Positions 30,162-39,990 of a stretch of DNA of 64,000 nucleotides are shown piece by piece. A program made the translations under genes and the position numbers. A model generated the notes under the pieces. The model was given only the letters and a program-made list of their open reading frames with translations, made no database searches and was not told where the DNA came from. This DNA is from an uncultured delta proteobacterium (GTDB taxonomy: Bacteria; Desulfobacterota; Desulfomonilia; UBA1062): the NCBI GenBank assembly GCA_963785235.1, contig CAWAUM010000010.1:32001-96000 (forward strand). Direction: 5' to 3'. Numbering within the stretch: the stretch's first letter is position 1; every line of letters starts with the position of its first letter.

Positions 30162-31265
30162 ATGGCATCAAAAAGACCCCATGTAGGTATTGCTCTCGAT
30201 AGTGGCGGGGCCATGGGTGGGGCCCATATCGGAGTGCTGGAAGTGCTTGCCGAGAACTCAATCCCGCTTGATATTATCGTCGGCTCCAGCGCAGGGGCGG
30301 CAGTAGGCGCCTTTTTCGCTGCAGGAAAGCTTCAGGATTTTAAAAAACTCATAACAGACCTCTCCTTCGTCCACTCCTTGAGTTACTACGTTGATCCGGT
30401 TTTTCCTACATCCGGCCTGCTCGCAGGCATCCGGGCACATAACTTCATCCGATCCCTGGTGGGCGATGTGCTTATTGAGGACCTCTCAATCACCTTTATC
30501 GCAGTGGCTACAGACCTGCTTACCGGAGAGACGGTTGCCATAGATAAGGGCCCTTTGGCGGATGCGGTAATGGCCAGCATGGCCATACCCGGGATATTCA
30601 GACCCGTGGTCCATATGGGCCGTCTGCTCGCCGATGGCGGTGTTTCAGACCCATTGCCGCTGGATATCCTTATGACTCACAACCCGGATATAACAATTGC
30701 CTGCAATCTCCATCCGCGTATGCCCAGGCGATTCTCATCGAGCAAGAGGCAGGATATCATCAAGGCTGAGCAAAAGGCATCAGCCAGGGAAGAAGACCTT
30801 GCATCAGGTATAATCGAACGGGTCGCCGGACTTATGAGTTCCCAGGCGATGTTTGAAAGTTTAAAACCTATGGCTGCCTCCATACTTAAAAAAATGAGCG
30901 AATCTCGATCGAAAAAGTTCCCTGAAATAGATCTTGGTCAGACGATTAAAGACCATCTCATTGCAAGCAGGCAGAAGCTCTATGAAATTATATCAAGGCC
31001 GTTTTCGGCTATGGGAGCTCAGCAGAGGCTTAACATCATCGAAATACTGTTGAGCGCCACCAATATTCAGCAGTACCAGAAAAACCGGCTTATGCTCAGG
31101 TATGAACCCCCTGACATCCTTATCGAACCGGATGTAATAGACATTGGTGCCTTGGAGTTCACCAAGGGAGAATCGGCCATAGGGGAAGGGAGAATTAAGG
31201 CTGAGAATGCAATCCCTGAACTTCGCAGGATGATCGATGCTAAAAGAAAGTCTACTTCACGATAA
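30162..31265 (+). CDS. Patatin-like phospholipase (RssA/NTE type)
   Basis: GSSAG nucleophile, ASMAIPG, DGG; variant oxyanion motif DSGGAMG. Confidence 0.9.
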   Translation: MASKRPHVGIALDSGGAMGGAHIGVLEVLAENSIPLDIIVGSSAGAAVGAFFAAGKLQDFKKLITDLSFVHSLSYYVDPVFPTSGLLAGIRAHNFIRSLVGDVLIEDLSITFIAVATDLLTGETVAIDKGPLADAVMASMAIPGIFRPVVHMGRLLADGGVSDPLPLDILMTHNPDITIACNLHPRMPRRFSSSKRQDIIKAEQKASAREEDLASGIIERVAGLMSSQAMFESLKPMAASILKKMSESRSKKFPEIDLGQTIKDHLIASRQKLYEIISRPFSAMGAQQRLNIIEILLSATNIQQYQKNRLMLRYEPPDILIEPDVIDIGALEFTKGESAIGEGRIKAENAIPELRRMIDAKRKSTSR

Positions 31266-31983
31266 GCAAGTTAGCTTGTTTGAGTCTTTGGGCCAGCGCG
31301 GTTATGATCTTGTTGGCCACATCAGGGTTATCATTGATGATGCGTTCCAGCCCGCCTTCCTGGACAGGGATGACTTCGACTACGCTCTTGCCTATTGATC
31401 TGATGGTGGCACTTCTGGGCTCATTAAGGATGAAGCTCATCTCCCCGAAATATTCACCAGGCTTGGTAATCACACCTATACGGACATCCTTCTTCAGCAC
31501 CTCGAGCCCGCTTTCAGTCTGCAACAGCTTGTAGATCTCGGTGCCATCCGTACCCTCTTCGATGATTATCTGGCCGTCATTGTATTCCTTCAGATCAAGA
31601 TTTATGGTTTCGCTATAAGGAATATTCGCCTCTGCAATGGAGGTGGTCTGTTCAAGCTGCAGGAAAGCCGACCGCATAACCATGGTGGCCAGCGCCGGTT
31701 TGGAGTAAGCGATCTCATCAATAAGCTCCGCTTCGTATGTGGCAATCCGGGATGTCTTGGTGGCCTTGGCAGTAGTGGTGTATGGGATGCCCCTGTAGAA
31801 ATTTTCCAGACCGAAGACGTCTCTTTCTGTCAAGATGCGGATAGGTTTATCGAGCTGGTAGATCTGAACCTCTCCTTGCAGGATGGCATAGAAATACCGG
31901 CATGGATCGCCTTCGCGCACCACGCTCTCGCCCGGCCTGTATTCCCGGACCTCAACAGATTCAATGGGACTTGAATCCAGCAT
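31252..31983 (-). CDS. Tandem cyclic-nucleotide-binding domain protein
   Basis: Two cNMP domains (VFGLENF; YFGEMS..EPRSAT), no HTH. Confidence 0.88.
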   Translation of the reverse strand: MLDSSPIESVEVREYRPGESVVREGDPCRYFYAILQGEVQIYQLDKPIRILTERDVFGLENFYRGIPYTTTAKATKTSRIATYEAELIDEIAYSKPALATMVMRSAFLQLEQTTSIAEANIPYSETINLDLKEYNDGQIIIEEGTDGTEIYKLLQTESGLEVLKKDVRIGVITKPGEYFGEMSFILNEPRSATIRSIGKSVVEVIPVQEGGLERIINDNPDVANKIITALAQRLKQANLLIVK

Positions 31984-32031
31984 ATGAGCCCTTTCGGTAT
32001 GAATGTGGGCAAACTTAACAAATTACATAAA

Positions 32032-33039
32032 CTACAATGACCAGAACCGTGAATGCGTCTTTATAATCTCATCGATCTCAGGAGTAGATCTCTCCTCAAT
32101 CTTTGGTGCAGATGCGCCCTTCATGACATGGATCACGGCCTTGACGGAATCGCGCAATGCGTCTAAATTATACCCGCCCTCCAATGAATAGACAACAGGT
32201 GCATTGATCTTTGCAGCCGCATCATGGATCAACCCTGCAAGTCCACCGAACCCCGCCGAACTGATCTCCATACCGCCTATAGGGTCCATAGCATGGGCGT
32301 CAAACCCCGCGGATACAAGGATAAGCCCGGGATTGAAAGCCTGGATCATCGGCACCATTACACACCTGTACAGGGCAATCATCTCAGAGTCTGTCGTGCC
32401 GCCCCTTAATGGGCAATTTATAGTATAACCCTGTGCGCCTTTGGCCCCTGCCTCATTGATTCTGCCCGTGCCGGGATAGAAGGGATACTGATGAGAGGAA
32501 AAATACAGGACATCTTTGCTCTGATAAAAACTGTCCTGTGTACCGTTGCCATGGTGTACGTCGAAGTCGATTATCATAACCCTTTGAATCCCGAATGCCT
32601 TGATAGCCTTCCTTGCTGCAATAGCCACGTTGTTGAATAGGCAGAAACCCATGGACTCAGAAGGTGTTGCATGGTGACCCGGCGGTCGGACGCTGGCAAA
32701 ACCGGAATCGATCTCGCCTTTAAGCGCCAAATCAACGAGCTTTATGAGCGATCCGGCTGCACGGAGTGCAACCTCGTAGGATTCTTCGGAGCATACCGTG
32801 TCAGGATCAAGATCAACATACTTATTTGCAATACAAGAGCGCTTTACTCGATCGATATGGAAGCGCTCGTGGTTGAGCATAATATCTTCAATGTCGGCAG
32901 GAACAGGATCGATAATTTTAATATCCGGGTCTTCTCGGGAAAAAAGAGTATGGATATAATGCACTCTCATAGGGGTCTCAGGGTGATAGCCCCCTGTGTC
33001 ATGGTTCATGAAAAGTGGGTCGGATACAACTCCTATCAT
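32032..33039 (-). CDS. Histone deacetylase family protein
   Basis: HPE, RPPGHH, GFC, DFDVHHGNGTQ, SAGFD, LEGGY. Confidence 0.92.
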   Translation of the reverse strand: MIGVVSDPLFMNHDTGGYHPETPMRVHYIHTLFSREDPDIKIIDPVPADIEDIMLNHERFHIDRVKRSCIANKYVDLDPDTVCSEESYEVALRAAGSLIKLVDLALKGEIDSGFASVRPPGHHATPSESMGFCLFNNVAIAARKAIKAFGIQRVMIIDFDVHHGNGTQDSFYQSKDVLYFSSHQYPFYPGTGRINEAGAKGAQGYTINCPLRGGTTDSEMIALYRCVMVPMIQAFNPGLILVSAGFDAHAMDPIGGMEISSAGFGGLAGLIHDAAAKINAPVVYSLEGGYNLDALRDSVKAVIHVMKGASAPKIEERSTPEIDEIIKTHSRFWSL

Positions 33040-33046
33040 AGAGTTC

Positions 33047-33413
33047 TTAGATGAAGATATCGAGTGAATGAGGTGAGGGTTCAAATACGGCAGGATATGA
33101 CGATGTCAGCTGCGTGTAGACCTGTTGATCTTCAATACGGCCATAGGCCAACTCGTGAATAACAGATGCATTGAGAAACCATGGGGTCTATGCCTAATGT
33201 GGTGATCTCGGCTTGCCTTGTTACGATCACCCGGGAAGTGGTTGTGGGAGTTCTTTCTTCGCTCGGAACAGTGAGATCGATTGTCCTGGCGGATTTGGAC
33301 CTTGCAGTATCCCCCCCGTCTACCTTGACATACTTGAACTTAACGAAGGGGAGTTCAACCGCAATCCCTTTCACGCTGGGATATCGAGAGAAGTCATTCT
33401 CATACGGCATCAT
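33047..33413 (-). CDS. Small hypothetical protein (frameshift ~33185)
   Basis: Removing one C from CCCC extends the 93-aa ORF to ...DPWFLNASVIHELAYG...HSLDIFI*, ending 7 nt before the HDAC start. Confidence 0.55.
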
Positions 33414-33537
33414 CCTTTTATATAAGCTCCATGAAACGGTTTTGCAAGAGCAAATCTAACATTGAGAATTCCTATTGGACACAGATGCGCCTAAGGTGTT
33501 ACGATTATGTATAACCCACCCTGAAGGAGGAATTGAT

Positions 33538-34275
33538 ATGAGGAGATTTCTTAAGCAGATTTTATGCCTTTGTGTATTTTTCGTGCTACCCCTGGCCCTG
33601 CTCGCAGAGGATTTCATGACCCAGGGAAATGCCCTGTACGACAAGGGCAAGGCGACCAGTTATGAAAGCTACAAAACATCGGGAGATATGTTCGTAAAGG
33701 CCCTTGATGCAACTCCGAACAATTATGAAGCAGCCTGGAAGGCAGCACGCTCATACCGAGAATTTGCTGATCAATCAAAAAAGAAGAACGCCCCAAATTG
33801 GAAGACCACCTGTAAGGACTATGGGAAACTTGGAATGAAATATGGGGAAAAGGCCATGGCCCTGAATCCGAATGGTGTAGAAGGAAATTTCTGGTATGGG
33901 TGCTCGGTAGGCAATTACTCAGACGGAGTCAGCATCCTCACAGCTTTGAAGGAAGGACTCAAGGGCAAAACCCAGAGCAGCTTCGAATTGTCCTACAAGA
34001 GCAATAAGATGTATATGGATGGTGGACCAATCAAGGCCTTGGGCCGTTTCTGGTTCGTCCTTCCCTGGCCTCTCCAGGACAAGGATTTATCCCTGAAATA
34101 TCTAAAGGAATTCAGTAAGTTATTCCCTAATGATGCTGAGGGCCAGGTATTCCTTGCCGAGACCCTCATGAAAACGGGCGGCAAGGATGAGGCAAAGGTC
34201 CTCCTCCAGAAGGCAGAAACCGCCAGCGACAAGTACTGGGCAGACTGGGCAAAGCGGCTCCTTGCTGAAATGTAA
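33538..34275 (+). CDS. Secreted TPR-like helical protein
   Basis: RBS AAGGAGG, signal peptide, TPR-like helices (NYEAAWKAAR, ALNPNGVEGNFW, ALGRFWFVLPWP). Confidence 0.75.
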   Translation: MRRFLKQILCLCVFFVLPLALLAEDFMTQGNALYDKGKATSYESYKTSGDMFVKALDATPNNYEAAWKAARSYREFADQSKKKNAPNWKTTCKDYGKLGMKYGEKAMALNPNGVEGNFWYGCSVGNYSDGVSILTALKEGLKGKTQSSFELSYKSNKMYMDGGPIKALGRFWFVLPWPLQDKDLSLKYLKEFSKLFPNDAEGQVFLAETLMKTGGKDEAKVLLQKAETASDKYWADWAKRLLAEM

Positions 34276-34291
34276 CCTTTCCTAATATACG

Positions 34292-34336
34292 AGAAATGGC
34301 GCTCTCACTTTCCGTTAGAGCGCCATTTCTTTATTT
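34292..34336 (+). terminator. Rho-independent terminator
   Basis: AGAAATGGCGCTCT...AGAGCGCCATTTCT followed by TTATTT, between convergent genes. Confidence 0.8.
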
Positions 34337-34360
34337 GTCGGTTTGGTTGATCAATAAAAA

Positions 34361-34726
34361 TCAATAATCAGTATCAAAGGCTGACCTGCTCAGGGCGAGC
34401 ATGCAAGCCTGATCGAGCTTCCTCATGGTGCTGATAAGCTTCTTTACCTCGCGGTTGTCCTGATCTATAAACTCTACGCCCATACCTTTTTCAGGCTCAC
34501 AACGGACAACCTTGCCTTCAATATCAATAACCCTCCCCACATCAACGGCGTCCAGGGTCATATGGAAGGACTCGCCACGATCCAGGGGATGGGGGGTTTC
34601 GATGAAGACCCCACCGATGCTGATATTTCTTACTGTGCCCTTCAGGACCTTTCCTTTATTGTCCTGATACCTGGCCTCGATCTTCAATGGCTTTCTGGTA
34701 TAACGTCTTTTATCTTTCAGTTTCAT
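34361..34726 (-). CDS. Single-domain PilZ protein
   Basis: RRYTR and NISIGG c-di-GMP motifs, GMGVEF. Confidence 0.9.
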   Translation of the reverse strand: MKLKDKRRYTRKPLKIEARYQDNKGKVLKGTVRNISIGGVFIETPHPLDRGESFHMTLDAVDVGRVIDIEGKVVRCEPEKGMGVEFIDQDNREVKKLISTMRKLDQACMLALSRSAFDTDY

Positions 34727-34870
34727 GTATTCACCTTGACATGAAATAAATTCATTACCGTGCTCTTCGTCATAACCATTCCCATTCTTTAGAGGCATTT
34801 TTCATAAACATGCACATGCCTAACGCGTACAACTCTTTTGATATAAACCTATGATCTCTGATTCTCGAAA

Positions 34871-35230
34871 TCATTTAAGGACCTGGGTGTCTTGATGATC
34901 ATAGGGAGGATGACAACAGCAGAGTATCTTCAAGGGTCGCGTGCCGATGTTCTCAATGCAATGCTGCATGCCCGGCATGATGAGAACGCTATCACCCGGC
35001 TTAACCTCAAACCTCTCAACGCCGAGGGCCATCATGCCTTTTCCTTGTATTATGTGATAAATTTCCTGACTTTTCATATGGATATGCAATAAGGTTGTAC
35101 TTCCTTGCCTGACAATTGCCTCTGCAAGACTCATCAATGCCCCTTCCTGGCATGTGGGATGAATGAGCTCACGAATTCGAGAACCGTCTTTTGTGATGAA
35201 GGGTTTGATATTGTTTATAGATGTCTTCAT
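34871..35230 (-). CDS. Cupin-domain protein
   Basis: TKDGS.IREL, HIH..SQEIY, PG..H.I.N, CCCHPPY. Confidence 0.88.
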   Translation of the reverse strand: MKTSINNIKPFITKDGSRIRELIHPTCQEGALMSLAEAIVRQGSTTLLHIHMKSQEIYHIIQGKGMMALGVERFEVKPGDSVLIMPGMQHCIENIGTRPLKILCCCHPPYDHQDTQVLK

Positions 35231-35406
35231 ATTTAAAACAATACAGACTTCCCTCTCCGGTAGCCATAATAAAAAAATAACTCCTATAATTTTGAATTTA
35301 AAAAAACTATACCTGAATCCTCAATATCTTTCTAACCCCTTGACTCTGCTGGAATCAGACGTACCATGTTAATGAGTACTGATTCTTACATGGGGGTAGT
35401 AATGCT

Positions 35407-35856
35407 ATGAAAGCCAAAGACATCATGACAATGAAAGTGATCATATTAACCCCGGAAATGGGAATTGTTGAAGCTGCAAAAATCCTCATGGAAAACCATA
35501 TCAACGGTGCCCCTGTTCTGGACAAAGAGGGTAAGCTTGTGGGTATCCTGTGTCGCGATGACCTCATATCTCAGCAGAAAAAATTGCCCCTGCCCTCTTA
35601 TTTCGTGGTACTCGACGGTATTATCCCACTTATCTCTCCAATGCACATTGAAAAGGAGATGGACAAGATCGCAGCCACAAACGTGGAACATGCCATGACG
35701 ACAAAGCCCATCACCGTTACACCCGAAACCGATATCGAGGTAGTTGCAAGCCTTATGGTCGACAAAAAGATCCACACGCTCCCTGTCATAGATTCTAACG
35801 GCTCCCTGGTGGGCATAGTGGGGAAAGAAGATGTCCTGAAAACACTGATCCGTTAA
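35407..35856 (+). CDS. CBS-pair protein
   Basis: Two CBS repeats (GAPVLD..GKLVGI; TLPVID..LVGIV). Confidence 0.92.
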   Translation: MKAKDIMTMKVIILTPEMGIVEAAKILMENHINGAPVLDKEGKLVGILCRDDLISQQKKLPLPSYFVVLDGIIPLISPMHIEKEMDKIAATNVEHAMTTKPITVTPETDIEVVASLMVDKKIHTLPVIDSNGSLVGIVGKEDVLKTLIR

Positions 35857-35924
35857 AACAATAATCACTGTTCTCTTGTCACTTCACATTGCCTTTCCCT
35901 TTTAATCCCGGTACAATAGAGCCC

Positions 35925-36515
35925 ATGAGCGCCTTATTCATTGGTGACAATCCCAGTCTTGAAGCAGTCTTTGAAGACAAGGGATCTGACATGTGCGTTG
36001 TTATCACCCACCCGCACTCGCTCATGGGCGGTAACATGCACAACAATGTAGTCATGGCTGCCTGGAGGGCATCACTGGAAAAAGGCCTGTCAGCAGTGCG
36101 CTTCAACTTCCGGGGCGTGGGCAGAAGCAGCGGTTCTTTCGACAATGGCAACGGCGAGATGAACGACCTGGCATCTGTCATCAGTTATGTTCATAAGCCT
36201 GTTATCATTATCGGGTATTCCTTTGGCGCATGGGTTGCCGCTAACTATTTGAAACAACTCGATACACCCCTACCCTGCATCTTCATCTCACCGCCTACCG
36301 GCATGTTCACATTTCCCGACATGAAACAGGACAGAATCTGGACAATCACCGGCCAGGCGGACCAGTTCTGCAGCATACCAACCCTGGAAGGCCTGCTGGA
36401 AAAGGACCGCATTGAGATAGTGCGTCACGCGGACCACTTCTGGTTCGGGGAAGAAGATCAGCTTGCGTCTTATCTCAATGAGAAGCTGAATCTCATAACC
36501 CAAGGTGGTATATAA
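35925..36515 (+). CDS. Alpha/beta hydrolase
   Basis: HPHSLMGGNM.NNVV, RFNFRGVG.S.G, GYSFG, ADHFW. Confidence 0.9.
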   Translation: MSALFIGDNPSLEAVFEDKGSDMCVVITHPHSLMGGNMHNNVVMAAWRASLEKGLSAVRFNFRGVGRSSGSFDNGNGEMNDLASVISYVHKPVIIIGYSFGAWVAANYLKQLDTPLPCIFISPPTGMFTFPDMKQDRIWTITGQADQFCSIPTLEGLLEKDRIEIVRHADHFWFGEEDQLASYLNEKLNLITQGGI

Positions 36516-36552
36516 TCATCTTTTTCATTTGCAGCATTGTGGAGGCCAAGGG

Positions 36553-38401
36553 ATGAATGTAGCGGACATCATTGTACATAACGGGACAGACCCAGCTTTT
36601 AAGGATCATGTCTTCATCCAGTTCAGGGATGATTCAGAGGTGCTCCAGGCCATAACCTATTCCGATTTCTATAAGCGCTCCCTTGCCTACGGCAACATGC
36701 TTTCCGACATGAAGCAGTCCTTGCGGATCAGCGGCTATGAACGTTTCCATGTGGGCGTGTTCATGCAGAACATCCCTGAATTCTTCTTCCTCCTCGGTGG
36801 GTGTGCCTTTACCAATTCCACCTTAGTAGGTGTGAACAACGCCCAGGTGGGAGAAAAGCTCTCATTCGACATCAATAACATCGATATGCACGTGCTCTTT
36901 GTAGACCATGCCCGGCAGCCCGGAACAGAAGGCACCTTCCTGGACACGGTACTCAAAGCCAAAGGAGATTTCGGTTTCACAAGTTTGACCGAGGACTTCA
37001 TCTTTGTGACTGAAAACCCCCAAGGAAATATACCCGGTTCCATCAAAACAATCTCACAGAGATTGCATGAATCCGCACATTCGCTTGCAGCATTCACCCC
37101 TGTCAGCCTTGATTCTTCCCGGGCCGCAGTGATCATATTCACCTCAGGCACCACGGGTTCACCCAAGGGCATAGAGGTAACCTGGCAGAAGCTCTACGAT
37201 ACGGGGGTTACCGGGACCACGATCCTGAGCTATACAAAGGACGACGTCGGCTACGTGTGCATGCCCGTCAACCACTCCAATTCGCTCTACCTCAACATCA
37301 TGCCTGCCTTGCTGAACGGCTCAAAGATTATGCTCCGCAGGCGATTTTCCGTGCGCAATTTTGTCAAGGACATCGAAGATTCCGGCGCCACGGTATGGAA
37401 CTGTGTAGGCGACCCGGTGCAGTATGTCATCAATCACGTTCACAGCACCATAGGGATCCATGCTGACTTTTCCGGACTCCCTTTGCGTACGGTCATCAGC
37501 ACCGGCACCAATGCCTTGAATCGTGCCCTCTTCACCAAGATGTTCGGCCTGGACATTTTCACCGAGGTGTACGGATCCACCGAGGCAGGGGCCATCACGG
37601 CCGTTGATGCAGGTACGCCGGAATACTCAGTGGGCAGGCTCCTGAAGGATATCCGCATCATCAGCGAGCGCTCGGGCATGGAATGCGACCCGGCACGGGT
37701 GGATGACAGCGGCAAAATCCTGAACCTTGAAGCCTCTGCAGGCGAGATCGTAGTGAGCCAGCATTCTTTAGGGGCATCTGCCTTCTCCGGCTACTACCGT
37801 CTGGCAGAAGAGAGCGCCAAGAAGATCATATCCATAGGTGGCGATGAATTTTACCGCATGGGCGATCTTGGGGCCATTGTGGAGCGTGATGGGGTGAAAT
37901 ATCTCGTATTTCTCGGCCGCACCGGGGACTGGATCCGCTTCAAGGGCGAAAACTGGACGCCTGTTGATGCAGAGAAGGTCATCAGCAAGTACGAGGGCAT
38001 CACCAATGCAGGCATTATCGGCGTGCCTCAGTCCAAGGGACGTGAGGACGACCCCATGTACATCATCGAGGTTCAAGATCCTTGCGCCTTCGAGATGAAG
38101 CCATTTCTGTCCTTCTGCAAGGAACGCCTGCCCCACTACATGCAGCCGCGCTTTATTCGTATTGTGAAGAGCGTGCCTTTGACCGAGACCATGAAACTCA
38201 AAAAATCCGTTCTCAAGGACGAGTTCTACTACCGCGCACCCGACACCGACGGTCTTGATGACGACATCATCTACCTCATAGAAGGCAAACGCCCGCGCCG
38301 GTTCTTTTCGTGCAGACTACCTTGCAGAGATGTCATTGTTCACGGATTCCACCAACCAGGATACGCTCCAGGCTTTTACCAAGCGCTCAGACCTGTTCTG
38401 A
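36553..38401 (+). CDS. AMP-binding acyl-CoA synthetase (frameshift 38305-38308)
   Basis: FTSGTTGSPKG, YGSTE, YRMGDL, RFKGEN. Removing one T gives the end RADYLAEMSLFTD...RSDLF* at 38401. Confidence 0.88.
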
Positions 38402-38421
38402 TACAAAAGGAGACCAGATCC

Positions 38422-39663
38422 ATGGCAACCAAGAGCCCAACGAGCCTACTCCAGAAACAACTGATGACGCGGCATTACAACAATGCCCTTCATGCAAGAC
38501 AGCAAGGTAAAAAAGTGGTGTATGTAACCGCCACGTTCCCGGTGGAGATCGTCAGGGCCTTTGAGCCCCATGTAGCCATAGTTTATCCGGAAAACCATGC
38601 AGTAAACATCATTGTGGCCGGCCTGGCCGAGGAACTGTCATCCCTAGCTGTAGCCAGAGGGCACCTGGATACTTTTGGCTGCTCGTATGAACTTGCCAAT
38701 ACAGGCTATCTTCTGGCTATGCAGAACTCAGGGTCTTCGGGGGTATCCGATGCAATCAGGGCACTGCCTGGCCTGCCGGAGCCGGATGTCCTGCTGGCAT
38801 GCAACAACCAGTGCGATGTAGTGGCCGAGTGGTACCAAAACCTGAGCGGCCTGTTCGGCAGTGTACCCTTGGGGGTAATCAATGTGGGCAACCGCTATGA
38901 CGGCACAATAGACACCTTGCGTGTTCATTATGTGAGGGAGCAGCTGCTGGATGTCATCTCCCTGCTGGAGGAACAGACGGGAACCACCCTTGACCGGGAC
39001 CTGCTGCTGGAGACAGCCCATAGGGCAAACCAGGCTGTAGGCCTGTGGAAGAAATATCTTGATTTCGGGAAGTTGAAACCCTCGCCCATGACTGCCTTTG
39101 ACGGCTTCTTCCACATGGCGCTGATCGTATCCGAGCGGGGCACACAAGAGGCCATTGACTACTACCAGGGATTAGTGGAAGAGACAAAGGCCCGCGTGGA
39201 TGCAAACGAAGCTGCTGTTAACCCCGAGCGTCACCGGGTGCTGTGGGACAACCTGGCCACGTGGTTCAATTTCGGCGAGCTTAAACGCACTCTGGGCGGT
39301 CGGGGTGTGGCAGTGGTAGGCTCGACCTATCTTGATGTCTGGAAAAAGGCGCTGGACACATCGAGCTTTGATGCCCTGCTCACCAGCATGGCCCAGGCAT
39401 ATTGCGTCATGTACACCAACCTCACCCTTAATGAACGTATTGCATTATGGAAACAGATGGTGCGTGATTATCAGGCCCAAGGCGTGCTCTTCCACAACAA
39501 CCGGAGCTGCCACACGTTCTCACGACTGCAGGGCCAGATAGCCAAATCATTGAAGGAGGAATTCGGCGAAGGCTTCAAGACCATTGTGTTCGACGGCGAC
39601 ATGGGACTTGAGGAACGCTTCCAGAAACACCGGTTCTTTACTGCAATTGAAACATACTTCTAG
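38422..39663 (+). CDS. 2-hydroxyacyl-CoA dehydratase family subunit (HgdA/FldB-like)
   Basis: Own RBS AAGGAG; YPENH, CSY, CNNQC, NNRSC cluster cysteines, DGDM. Confidence 0.85.
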   Translation: MATKSPTSLLQKQLMTRHYNNALHARQQGKKVVYVTATFPVEIVRAFEPHVAIVYPENHAVNIIVAGLAEELSSLAVARGHLDTFGCSYELANTGYLLAMQNSGSSGVSDAIRALPGLPEPDVLLACNNQCDVVAEWYQNLSGLFGSVPLGVINVGNRYDGTIDTLRVHYVREQLLDVISLLEEQTGTTLDRDLLLETAHRANQAVGLWKKYLDFGKLKPSPMTAFDGFFHMALIVSERGTQEAIDYYQGLVEETKARVDANEAAVNPERHRVLWDNLATWFNFGELKRTLGGRGVAVVGSTYLDVWKKALDTSSFDALLTSMAQAYCVMYTNLTLNERIALWKQMVRDYQAQGVLFHNNRSCHTFSRLQGQIAKSLKEEFGEGFKTIVFDGDMGLEERFQKHRFFTAIETYF

Positions 39664-39990
39664 TATGATAGAATATATGGTATTTTTCTTTTGATATTAA
39701 ATGACTAAGAGAGGATTCAGCGATGAGAAACAGGTCTGCTATGAAGCATACACCCATGATTCGGCCTTTGAAGCTTCAGAGCTCTTTGTTATCAACCGTA
39801 ACGGTACAGGCGAGGCACGTGTTATGAATCCCATGAAAACGAAACTCGATAGGTGGCCCACGGACAGTAAACCCAATTGGGTGAAAGATTAGCGCCAAAG
39901 TTAAACACCTACTTTTCCTGATAACAAAGTTAGTTTATAGTCCCTGCGTTCGACATTATTTCATTTTATTGACTGAGAGGAATAGTAACC

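Noticed and set aside
30162-31983. Patatin + cNMP as CBASS/Pycsar defence
   Set aside because: No CD-NTase or cyclase nearby; genes are convergent; patatin is RssA-like.
36505-39663. Apparent 1052-aa ligase-dehydratase fusion
   Set aside because: One extra T at 38305-38308 bypasses the ligase stop at 38401; the dehydratase has its own AAGGAG RBS and ATG at 38422.
39701-39892. 63-aa ORF as a leader peptide
   Set aside because: No RBS and no clear run of Lys/Thr/Met regulatory codons.
39700-39990. Canonical lysine riboswitch, T-box or M-box before lysC
   Set aside because: Only fragments of each consensus are present; kept as an unidentified structured leader.
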